NCBI GenBank assembly: GCA_045600165.1
Contig: JAZRXJ010000085.1
Location: 40,253-104,252, forward strand
Source of the DNA: Clostridia bacterium
Lineage (GTDB): Bacteria; Bacillota; Clostridia; Christensenellales; Aristaeellaceae
DNA length: 64,000 nt
Direction: 5' to 3'
Made by a program: the position numbers and the translations under genes. Numbering within the stretch: the first letter of the stretch is position 1; every line of letters begins with the position of its first letter. Positions 47,871-55,393 of this stretch are shown one piece after another. Under the pieces are notes generated by a model, which was not told the origin of the DNA, ran no database searches, and saw only the letters and a program-made list of their open reading frames with translations.

Positions 47871-47897
47871 AAAGCAGGACCGACGGTCCTGCTTTTT
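47871..47897. terminator. Orphan rho-independent terminator
   Basis: 11-bp stem AAAGCAGGACC / GGTCCTGCTTT, loop GAC, then TTTT. No annotated gene ends just upstream on either strand. Confidence 0.7.
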
Positions 47898-48011
47898 GTC
47901 ATGAGTGCGCCCGGAAATGATTGTTTTGATGATCAAAACGGCGGCTTTTCAAAGTATCCGTTTTCTTTCCAGTACTCGTACGTGTAGCTGCCTTCTCCGA
48001 AAAATTACCGG

Positions 48012-48263
48012 ATGCGTACATTGTGGCAACTCAGCGGGCTTCTGATAGATCCGGAAAGCAGAAAGAGACGGGAACACTGTTTTCGCTTTTTGAGTTTTCT
48101 GTTGTTCGGTCTGATCGGTTTGATCATATGGCTGATCGTACGGCAATTTGCACTGGACTCCACGGAATGGCTTCTCTGCTTTGCAGGTTTCCCTGGGGTA
48201 TTCTGTGGATTATTTGGTGCCAGCATTTATATATTGAATATAAAAGACGATTCAGGAAAATAA
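48012..48263 (+). CDS. Small two-TM membrane protein, hypothetical
   Basis: 83 aa with two hydrophobic helices 'FLSFLLFGLIGLIIWLIV' and 'LLCFAGFPGVFCGLFGASIYIL'. A strong terminator follows directly. No SD was found. Confidence 0.4.
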   Translation: MRTLWQLSGLLIDPESRKRREHCFRFLSFLLFGLIGLIIWLIVRQFALDSTEWLLCFAGFPGVFCGLFGASIYILNIKDDSGK

Positions 48264-48282
48264 CTCTCCTGAATCGTTTTTT
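48247..48282. terminator. Rho-independent terminator (shared by convergent genes)
   Basis: 11-bp perfect stem ACGATTCAGGA / TCCTGAATCGT, 9-nt loop, then TTTTT. Confidence 0.8.
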
Positions 48283-48348
48283 GCATACTGAAAACGACAG
48301 TCGATTCCGCGTCATGCGGAGAATCGTCAATTGGTTCTCTGCGGTCAG

Positions 48349-49173
48349 TTATTTGTCTGATGAATTATCATCGCTGTTAGTATATCTGATCGGAAGCTGT
48401 ATTTCTGTCAGCCAGTCCTCCTCCGATTCTTTGTTCCAAATTCCATCAATGTAACACTCGCGGGGAAGTCCTGCCACACTGTATCCGTTTTGCTCAGCAT
48501 ATTTCATCAGGAAAGCATAAGCCTCACCAATATTGGCATATGAGCCTTTGTGATATATACTCAGTACCTTTGATTCCGGAAGTGTTTTGAACTTAATCAG
48601 TTCATTCTCAATTCCGAATGCTGTGACGGCTTCATTGTGTCTGATCCGGATATCTGTTTCCCTGTACTCACCATCGAGATATTCGCAAAACTCATATGGC
48701 GGTTCCGCACACTTCATGTCCGGATTCAGTTTAAGGCACTCCTGCCCGACAGACGGGATCCACTGCATACAGTCTGAATAAGTTTTCAATATCGTTTCCG
48801 CAGTGTAGACGATCTTTTCAGGAATCACTTTCTCTGTTACCTGATATTTCATCTCATTGTCCTCCAAAGTAGACTTTATTATGGAAAGACGGGATTCGAG
48901 CATCTGCTTTTCTTTTGTTAGAGATTTGAACTTATCCTGCAGGATTTCTTTCACATCAGCGCCGGAGAATACGGCTTTGATTTCATCAATGGACAAATCG
49001 AGCTGTCTGTATGATTTGATCCTTGCGGCAATAATCAGCTGATGAGTTTCGTAAAACCGATATCCATTCCATTCGTCAACCGAGGCAGGTTTCAGAAGGC
49101 CTTCTTTTTCATAAAATCGCAGAGCTTTTACTGTCAGATGTGAAAGCTTTGAAAATTCACTTATTTTCAGCAC
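48349..49173 (-). CDS. MerR-family regulator with GyrI-like effector domain (BmrR-like)
   Basis: 'LKISEFSKLSHLTVKALRFYEKEGLLKP' is the MerR HTH, followed by a coiled-coil linker and a GyrI-like C-terminus. GTG 49173 is preferred (AAGGAG 10 nt upstream, and the promoter -10 lies at 49202-49207). Confidence 0.85.
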   Translation of the reverse strand: MLKISEFSKLSHLTVKALRFYEKEGLLKPASVDEWNGYRFYETHQLIIAARIKSYRQLDLSIDEIKAVFSGADVKEILQDKFKSLTKEKQMLESRLSIIKSTLEDNEMKYQVTEKVIPEKIVYTAETILKTYSDCMQWIPSVGQECLKLNPDMKCAEPPYEFCEYLDGEYRETDIRIRHNEAVTAFGIENELIKFKTLPESKVLSIYHKGSYANIGEAYAFLMKYAEQNGYSVAGLPRECYIDGIWNKESEEDWLTEIQLPIRYTNSDDNSSDK

Positions 49174-49201
49174 TTTCCCGAATCTCCTTTCCACACCTGA
49201 C

Positions 49202-49232
49202 ACGATAGTCTATCCTCTAAGGGACGAGTCAA
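49202..49232 (-). promoter_or_regulatory. MerR-type promoter with 19-bp spacer
   Basis: On the minus strand: TTGACT (49227-49232), 19-nt spacer CGTCCCTTAGAGGATAGAC, TATCGT (49202-49207). Confidence 0.55.
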
Positions 49233-49340
49233 GAAATATTTATTTCAATGTTTATCCTGATGATTTTCCGGAACAGCAGCTATTTTTCTTTCAGACCCAA
49301 ATCATCATTTATTGTCCATGATCAATTTCATTATTTTACG

Positions 49341-51683
49341 TTATTTCATGACTTCCGAAAGTGTATCGAACAGTTTTTGTACATCAATCGGTTTTGCCAG
49401 ATGTCCGTTCATTCCGGCATCCAAAGCATTTCGCTTATCTTCGTCAAAGGCATTGGCTGTCATGGCAATGATCGGGATATTTGCCGCGTACGGATTCGAA
49501 AGCTTTCTGATCGCTCTCGTAGCATCATAACCGTTCATCCGAGGCATCTGAATATCCATAAGAACAAGATCATACTGACCTTCGGAAGCATTTTGCATCT
49601 TCTCAACGGCAATATCACCGTCCTCTGCCGTATCTACGATAACGTACTTTTCTTCAAGGATCTCACATGCAATCTCGCGGTTCATTTCGTTATCTTCAAC
49701 CAGCAGTATACGCATTCCCTCAAGGTTCCTGATTTTACCTCCGGAAGTTTCTTCAACTGTATCGGAAGCTTCAGCCTGAGCAAGACGGAACGTAAATCCT
49801 GTTACAACCGTAGTACCCACACCGGGCTCACTGGAAATGGAAATCGTACCGTGCATCAGATCTATGATCTGCTTTACGATGGACATTCCAAGCCCTGTCC
49901 CCTGAATACCGCTGATCGTTGATGACTGTGAACGTTCGAACGGTTCGTATATCTTCTCAAGAAATTCCTTGCTCATTCCTATACCGGTGTCCTTAACCAC
50001 AAGTTCCAGCGATACAGTATTGTCAGCATTGAAGCCCAGAATATTCACCCAGATATCTACACGGCCGCCTGGATTTGTATATTTAATGGCATTGGAAATA
50101 ATATTCATGGCGACCTGATTGATCCTGGTTTCGTCACAGTACACCCAAAGATCACCCGCGGCTCCGCGATGCAGTTCTACCGTTACACCGCGCTGACGCC
50201 CTGCTTCGGTACAGATTTCAATTGTAGTGGTCGATGCAGCAGTCAGATTGATAGGATCTTCGTTAAGCGTAAGTTTTCCTGATTCAATTCTGGACATATC
50301 AAGGACTTCATTGATAAGGTCAAGCAGATGATGTCCCGCATCATCCAGTTTCACCAGATATTCCGTTGCGCGCGCAGGGTCATCCAGATGCTTTTTTGTC
50401 AAATCCGTAAATCCCAGTATAGCGTTCATCGGAGTACGTATATCATGAGACATGTTGAACAGGAATTTGGTTTTTGCTTCGCTGGCAACGTTCGCGGCAC
50501 TGAGAGCCCGCTCCAGTGCCTTTTTGGTTTCTATATCCTTCTTCACTATCGCATCCACATTACGGAAACCGAAAACCATCAGATTTTCGGAAGACTCTCC
50601 GGGAACACGTCCGCAGCAGAACTGATAATAGTTCAGCGTTCCGTTCATGTTGCGCTGATAGTTGAATTCGGAAATGTTCTCTGTATTGATGATTGAGTCC
50701 AGATGCTTCGGTTCAGTCCAGGCAAGAAAAGCTTCTCTGTCATTTTCAATGACATACCTTGAAGCATACTCACGGATAAAATCGATATATTGAGGAGTCT
50801 CAAGCGCAAGCTGCTGAACGGGAAGCGCCCGTTCCATCCTGGATTGACGGAACACCTGAAGGGATCCTGCCTGAAGATCCGCTAGGTATAACGGACCGTA
50901 TTCGTTACTCAATGTGGAAATGACACCGGCGGACAGAATCTCTTTTTGCTTTGATTTCTGAAGTTCCGCTTCGGCTTTCAGTTCACGGACCTGGGTTTCC
51001 ACTGTCTTTGTGAGGAATATCTGAACCAGTACACAAGCGATGCAAAGCCCCACGGAATTCGCGGGCGCATCCGGATAGATCAGTTGAAATACGTCAAAGA
51101 AAACCGGTGTAAGAGAGATCCACAGGAATGTCCGGAAGCTACTATGTCTTGTCTGCAGTTTTGTGGAGAGGATCCCGAACGATGCCACCGCGGCAACCAG
51201 AAGGTAAACAAAGAACTGCAAATAAAACAGAATCGCGCGGGCATTGGTCGTCTGATAATTCCCGGTTTCATCCACATAGAACATGAAGTGACTGGAAAAA
51301 TTAGCAATGATCATTCCCAGCTGCACAAACATCAGTACTGCCGCTATGGTTCTCCATATCTTCGGCTCCCGGATCAGTTCTTTCAATGATCCGCAAAAGA
51401 ACAAGGTCCAGATAAAAGGAGCCAAAGCAGAACTGATATGGAACACTGAAGAAGCAATCATCAACCAGAAATCGCTGCTGATAATTCCGGAAGCCAGCAA
51501 TCCCCAGACACCGTCCTGAAAGCAATAAAGGATAATGAATCCCAGGAAATTCTGAAGTTCCGTTTTTTTCTCTTTTCGGTTGATTCCCAGTTGGCTCTGC
51601 AAAAGGATCAACACAATTCCAGCGCAGACAAACGCCATTACGGCGTATAGCGGATGAACATTCCGGTCAAATAATTCGCCCAT
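49341..51683 (-). CDS. Hybrid sensor histidine kinase / response regulator with multi-TM N-terminal sensor
   Basis: About 7 N-terminal TM helices and a PAS-like region. HisKA 'FLFNMSHDIRTPMNAILGF'. HATPase 'DTGIGMS' and 'GTGLGMSIV'. C-terminal REC 'ILLVEDNEMN...DLVLMDIQMPRMNG...LAKP'. Confidence 0.9.
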   Translation of the reverse strand: MGELFDRNVHPLYAVMAFVCAGIVLILLQSQLGINRKEKKTELQNFLGFIILYCFQDGVWGLLASGIISSDFWLMIASSVFHISSALAPFIWTLFFCGSLKELIREPKIWRTIAAVLMFVQLGMIIANFSSHFMFYVDETGNYQTTNARAILFYLQFFVYLLVAAVASFGILSTKLQTRHSSFRTFLWISLTPVFFDVFQLIYPDAPANSVGLCIACVLVQIFLTKTVETQVRELKAEAELQKSKQKEILSAGVISTLSNEYGPLYLADLQAGSLQVFRQSRMERALPVQQLALETPQYIDFIREYASRYVIENDREAFLAWTEPKHLDSIINTENISEFNYQRNMNGTLNYYQFCCGRVPGESSENLMVFGFRNVDAIVKKDIETKKALERALSAANVASEAKTKFLFNMSHDIRTPMNAILGFTDLTKKHLDDPARATEYLVKLDDAGHHLLDLINEVLDMSRIESGKLTLNEDPINLTAASTTTIEICTEAGRQRGVTVELHRGAAGDLWVYCDETRINQVAMNIISNAIKYTNPGGRVDIWVNILGFNADNTVSLELVVKDTGIGMSKEFLEKIYEPFERSQSSTISGIQGTGLGMSIVKQIIDLMHGTISISSEPGVGTTVVTGFTFRLAQAEASDTVEETSGGKIRNLEGMRILLVEDNEMNREIACEILEEKYVIVDTAEDGDIAVEKMQNASEGQYDLVLMDIQMPRMNGYDATRAIRKLSNPYAANIPIIAMTANAFDEDKRNALDAGMNGHLAKPIDVQKLFDTLSEVMK

Positions 51684-52071
51684 AAGCTTCCCCCTGACCT
51701 GATAGGAATCACATTCGATTATTAATGCTCATTATAAATTTTGCAGACAGATCCCGCCAAAGAAGTGATTTATAGCTGAGTTAGTATAATCAATTATTTA
51801 TACCGCAAAGAAACGAATCATAATACGGAGGCAGATCACTCCGGCAATGCATTCCGGGACCTTAACCTACAATTGTTGTATCCTTCATAATGAAGCATAT
51901 TTGAAGCTATATTCATTATCGTGTTTTCTACAAATTTGTCAAGATTTGTCATTACTTTTGGCCGGGTATGTTTATCACATCATTATGGACATAAATTCCG
52001 ATTTTATGAGACACAGGTCAGACTGTGAAGTGGTGAAGGGGACAGACAATCTGGGAAATTTGACACGAATT

Positions 52072-52080
52072 GGGGGGGGG
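52072..52080. repeat. Homopolymeric G9 tract (C9 on the minus strand), intergenic
   Basis: Nine consecutive G residues in an otherwise AT-rich spacer, 94 nt beyond the Fic stop codon. Confidence 0.9.
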
Positions 52081-52173
52081 TAAACAAAGGTAATTAACGG
52101 AAAAGTGTTTTTGACTTCCACTGGCTTAAATAAAGAGACTTAACAAATCTTCTTTAAAAAACAGGTAGAAAGC

Positions 52174-53220
52174 CTAGTGAAGCCTGTAATAGCACGTATT
52201 CTTACCATTACCTTCTCGTTTGATCTCATCGTCATCAACCATCTTACGCAATGCTCCTTCTATAGCGCTAACACTCAAAGAAGGACAAAGTTCGCGAATA
52301 TCCTGCTTTGTAAATCTTCCGAGTTTATTCATAGAGGCCTTTCTGACCATCTCTATGGCAGGTAGCTTTTTTTCTACAAGTGCAAACCGATCCTCAAAAT
52401 CCTTATAAGCAGCCAGGACCGTTCCAAGCAGGTACTTAATGAATGGAACCGCGTCTTCTGTTCCTTCATGCCAGCCGGTTTGTGCCTGACTGAGTGCATC
52501 ATAGTATGCCCCCTTATTCTTGGCAATCTTCGCTTCAAGCGAGATATACTTTCCGACATAGAAACCACTTCGATACAGCAGCAGCGTTGTAAGGAGGCGA
52601 CTCATTCGACCATTACCATCGTTAAAGGGATGAATACAGAGAAAATCATGAATAAAGACCGGTATGGCAATCAATGGCTCGACTTCCATATTTCCAATGA
52701 CCAGGTTGTATTCTTTGCAGATTCTATCAAGAGCATCTGGTGTTTCAAACGGTGAGATGGGTGTAAAGAGTATTTCAACATGACCATCCGGATAGGTGGC
52801 AGAGATGTAATTCTGTACACTCTTTGTGCGGCCGGTCATTGGGTTGTTCATATGGCTGTACATTACCTTATGCAACTGCAGGATATAGTTACGGGTGATG
52901 GGTATCGCGTCAAAGTTCTCATGAATAATGCTCAGAGCATCACGGTAACCTGCAATTTCCTGTTCATCACGGTTCCTGGGCGTTGCCTTTTCTTCGACAA
53001 GTTGCCGGATACGCGTGTTGGTTGTAACGATTCCTTCAATGGCATTGGATGCTTCTGTGCTTTGTATCTTTGCAATCTCTGTCAGCTTTTCAAGTTCTTC
53101 CGGCCTTTGCCTGAGGTAAAGTTCTTGTTTGCCTGCTTCTTTATATATAGCAGCGATCAGACTGAGTATCTCAGAATCCCATTTCTCGTCTTTGATTGCT
53201 GTGTAGTTAAACTGTCGCAT
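52174..53220 (-). CDS. Fic-family protein (class II, N-terminal inhibitory helix, C-terminal winged helix)
   Basis: Canonical active-site loop 'HPFNDGNGRMSRLL'. N-terminal 'SNAIEG' matches the (S/T)xxxE(G/N) inhibitory motif. C-terminal 'SVSAIEGALRKMVDDDEIKREG' is wHTH-like. Confidence 0.9.
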   Translation of the reverse strand: MRQFNYTAIKDEKWDSEILSLIAAIYKEAGKQELYLRQRPEELEKLTEIAKIQSTEASNAIEGIVTTNTRIRQLVEEKATPRNRDEQEIAGYRDALSIIHENFDAIPITRNYILQLHKVMYSHMNNPMTGRTKSVQNYISATYPDGHVEILFTPISPFETPDALDRICKEYNLVIGNMEVEPLIAIPVFIHDFLCIHPFNDGNGRMSRLLTTLLLYRSGFYVGKYISLEAKIAKNKGAYYDALSQAQTGWHEGTEDAVPFIKYLLGTVLAAYKDFEDRFALVEKKLPAIEMVRKASMNKLGRFTKQDIRELCPSLSVSAIEGALRKMVDDDEIKREGNGKNTCYYRLH

Positions 53221-53324
53221 TCCCTTACTCCTCCTTCAATTCCCTTATATTTTATCGATTAATAAGGGAATGGTCAACTCCCTAAGGGATAAATCCCTTA
53301 CTATTGTGGCTAAAATAAGGGAAT
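53221..53324 (-). promoter_or_regulatory. Fic promoter region with an array of TAAGGGA-core repeats
   Basis: ATAAGGGAAT occurs at 53262-53271 and 53315-53324, with an inverted copy at 53239-53248. Palindrome TAAGGGAT-AA-ATCCCTTA at 53283-53300. GTAAGGGA abuts the ATG. Minus-strand promoter TTGACC (53272-53277), 17 bp, TAAAAT (53249-53254). Confidence 0.5.
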
Positions 53325-53600
53325 TGATGTCCTGTTAACAGCCGGCAAACGAATTACAAGGAACTTCCATTAATTAAGAGCCAAATATCGCTTAGTCTAC
53401 GAATCGCCTTGCGACCATATTGCAGGCCGCTTTCTTTATTACCCATTTTCAGAAAGGATGTTCCGACATGGCTTACACCCTGAACAAATACGAGAAAGAA
53501 ACTGTCATCCTCAATGACCAGAGTAATGACCGTTCGTGAATATCAATCCCCTGATTATTTTCATCCATCTCATCACAACGGAATTGAAAAGTGCGCGTGC

Positions 53601-53655
53601 CAGCGGAATAAAACGCAAAAATGCGCTTTATTCCGCTGTAAATCGCTCTTTTTTT
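53601..53655 (+). terminator. Long hairpin plus T-tract upstream of the ATPase gene (possible relic terminator)
   Basis: 16-bp stem CAGCGGAATAAA-CGCA / TGCG-TTTATTCCGCTG with one mismatch, loop AAAA. A T7 run lies 9 nt downstream. Confidence 0.5.
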
Positions 53656-53657
53656 AA

Positions 53658-53687
53658 TTGACAGCGAAATTAAAAACATTGTATGAT
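53658..53687 (+). promoter_or_regulatory. Promoter of the AAA ATPase gene
   Basis: TTGACA (53658-53663), 18-bp spacer, TATGAT (53682-53687), about 40 nt upstream of the ATG. Confidence 0.5.
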
Positions 53688-53727
53688 GTACTTGATCAGT
53701 TGATACTGACGGAAAGGGTGAAAGCAT

Positions 53728-55164
53728 ATGATTGGACGAAAGAGAGAAATTGACGAACTGAATCGTCTTTATCATTCGGATAAAGCACAGCTGGTAGCTG
53801 TTTATGGCAGACGCCGGGTGGGAAAGACATATCTGGTCGATGAGGTATTTAAGAACCGCATTGCTTTTCGTCACGCAGGTCTTTCTCCCGCAGATGTGAA
53901 TGGAAAAAATATGATGAAGAATCAGTTGAAGCATTTCTATTATTCGCTTCAGCTGCAAGGTATGGAAAAAACAAAACAGCCCACCAGCTGGCTGGAAGCA
54001 TTCTTCCTGTTGGAACAGTTTCTGGAGAAAAAGGATGACGGACAAAAGCAGGTCGTATTCCTGGATGAGCTTCCCTGGCTTGACACGCCTCGTTCGGGCT
54101 TTTTGATTGCATTCGAAGGTTTTTGGAACAACTGGGGCTGCCATCGCCCCAATTTGATGGTAATCGTCTGTGGCAGCGCCAATTCATGGATTCTGGATAA
54201 ATTGATTAACAATCACGGTGGGCTGTATAATCGCATCACCTACGAGATCAAGCTGGAACCCTTTACGCTCGGCGAATGCAAGGAATACTTTCAATCCAAC
54301 CTTATTCGTATGTCAGATTACGATATCGCCCAAAGTTATATGATCTTTGGCGGTATTCCGTATTATCTCGGATACATTCAGCCAAACCTCAGCCTGGCAC
54401 AGAATGTGGATGTACTGTTCTTCCTGCCAGGCGCCAGACTGGTAGATGAGTTTGAGCGCTTGTTTGCCTCTGCTTTTGCGAATCCGGATATGATGCTTTG
54501 CATCGTCAAGACCTTATATCAAAGAAGCGCAGGATATACACGAAAAGAGCTTTCTCTCAAATCAGGGATCTCAGATGGAGGGATGCTCACTGATGCGCTT
54601 CGGGCACTCATAGCCGGAGATTTTGTGGAGCAATATATTCCCTTTGGTGAATCCGGGAGGAACATCGTATACAGGTTGACAGACCCATTCTGCATGTTCT
54701 ATCTGCATTTTGTAGATAAACGGCGTCATATCAATCAACCCTTCTGGCAAGAAAATCTTCAATCTCAGGAAATCATATGCTGGCGTGGATTTGCTTTTGA
54801 GAATCTCTGTTTTCGTCATATCAAGCAAATCAAGGCGGCTCTGGGAATCAGCGGTGTCAAGACAAATCAATCCGCCTGGGTCAAAAGAGATGATATCGAG
54901 GGCACACAGGTGGATATGCTGATCTCCCGTGCAGATCATGTCGTCAATATGTGCGAAATCAAGTATTACAGTGATGAATTCGAAATAGACAAAACGTATT
55001 ATCGAACACTGCTTCATCGACAGGAAATGCTGCAGAAGGAGTTGGGAAAGAAGCAAGTGGTTCATCCCACCTTGATTTCAACCTTTGGCCTGCGTCAAAA
55101 TGAATACAGCGGATTCTTTGCTCAGGTAATCTCCTTAGACGATTTGATAAGAATCGGCTTATAA
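53728..55164 (+). CDS. AAA-type ATPase (archaeal-ATPase-like N-domain) with C-terminal DUF234 / PD-(D/E)xK-like domain
   Basis: 'GRKREIDEL', Walker A 'VYGRRRVGKTYL', Walker B 'VVFLDELPWL'. The C-terminal 'VDMLISRADHVVNMCEIKY' has a D...E-x-K nuclease-fold pattern. Confidence 0.8.
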   Translation: MIGRKREIDELNRLYHSDKAQLVAVYGRRRVGKTYLVDEVFKNRIAFRHAGLSPADVNGKNMMKNQLKHFYYSLQLQGMEKTKQPTSWLEAFFLLEQFLEKKDDGQKQVVFLDELPWLDTPRSGFLIAFEGFWNNWGCHRPNLMVIVCGSANSWILDKLINNHGGLYNRITYEIKLEPFTLGECKEYFQSNLIRMSDYDIAQSYMIFGGIPYYLGYIQPNLSLAQNVDVLFFLPGARLVDEFERLFASAFANPDMMLCIVKTLYQRSAGYTRKELSLKSGISDGGMLTDALRALIAGDFVEQYIPFGESGRNIVYRLTDPFCMFYLHFVDKRRHINQPFWQENLQSQEIICWRGFAFENLCFRHIKQIKAALGISGVKTNQSAWVKRDDIEGTQVDMLISRADHVVNMCEIKYYSDEFEIDKTYYRTLLHRQEMLQKELGKKQVVHPTLISTFGLRQNEYSGFFAQVISLDDLIRIGL

Positions 55165-55393
55165 GCTTGTATGTCGGCAGCAATCCGGTTGGCAATCTGC
55201 AAACGGGTGATTTCATACTCGGGATTCCCGGTTGGTATTAGCAGATTATTAGCAACTGCTAATATTGGCGGATGACCATTTCTGCATCCTCCGCTTTTGT
55301 TAGCAGAAATCGTCACATTTTTCCTGCTTTCCGCGAGCATAAAGCTGATGAATCAAAACACTCTAAAATTCAACTTTTCCTTATGATCAATCG

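Noticed and set aside
48023-48454. 143-aa plus-strand ORF overlapping the small membrane-protein ORF and the 3' end of the MerR gene
   Set aside because: It reads through the strong terminator at 48247-48282 and into the MerR gene in antisense. The alternative 83-aa frame ends just before that terminator and has two clean TM helices.
53468-53539. 23-codon ORF (MAYTLNKYEKETVILNDQSNDRS) with a weak SD in the Fic/ATPase spacer
   Set aside because: It is too short and has no recognisable family. It is probably the 5' stump of a decayed gene whose terminator may survive at 53601-53655. I cannot support it as a feature without homology searches.
55122-55340. 72-aa minus-strand ORF overlapping the 3' end of the ATPase gene
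   Set aside because: It has no SD and overlaps a well-supported CDS. Only a short stretch (NPEYEITRLQIANRIAADI) looks protein-like. It may be a remnant of another gene but cannot be identified by eye.
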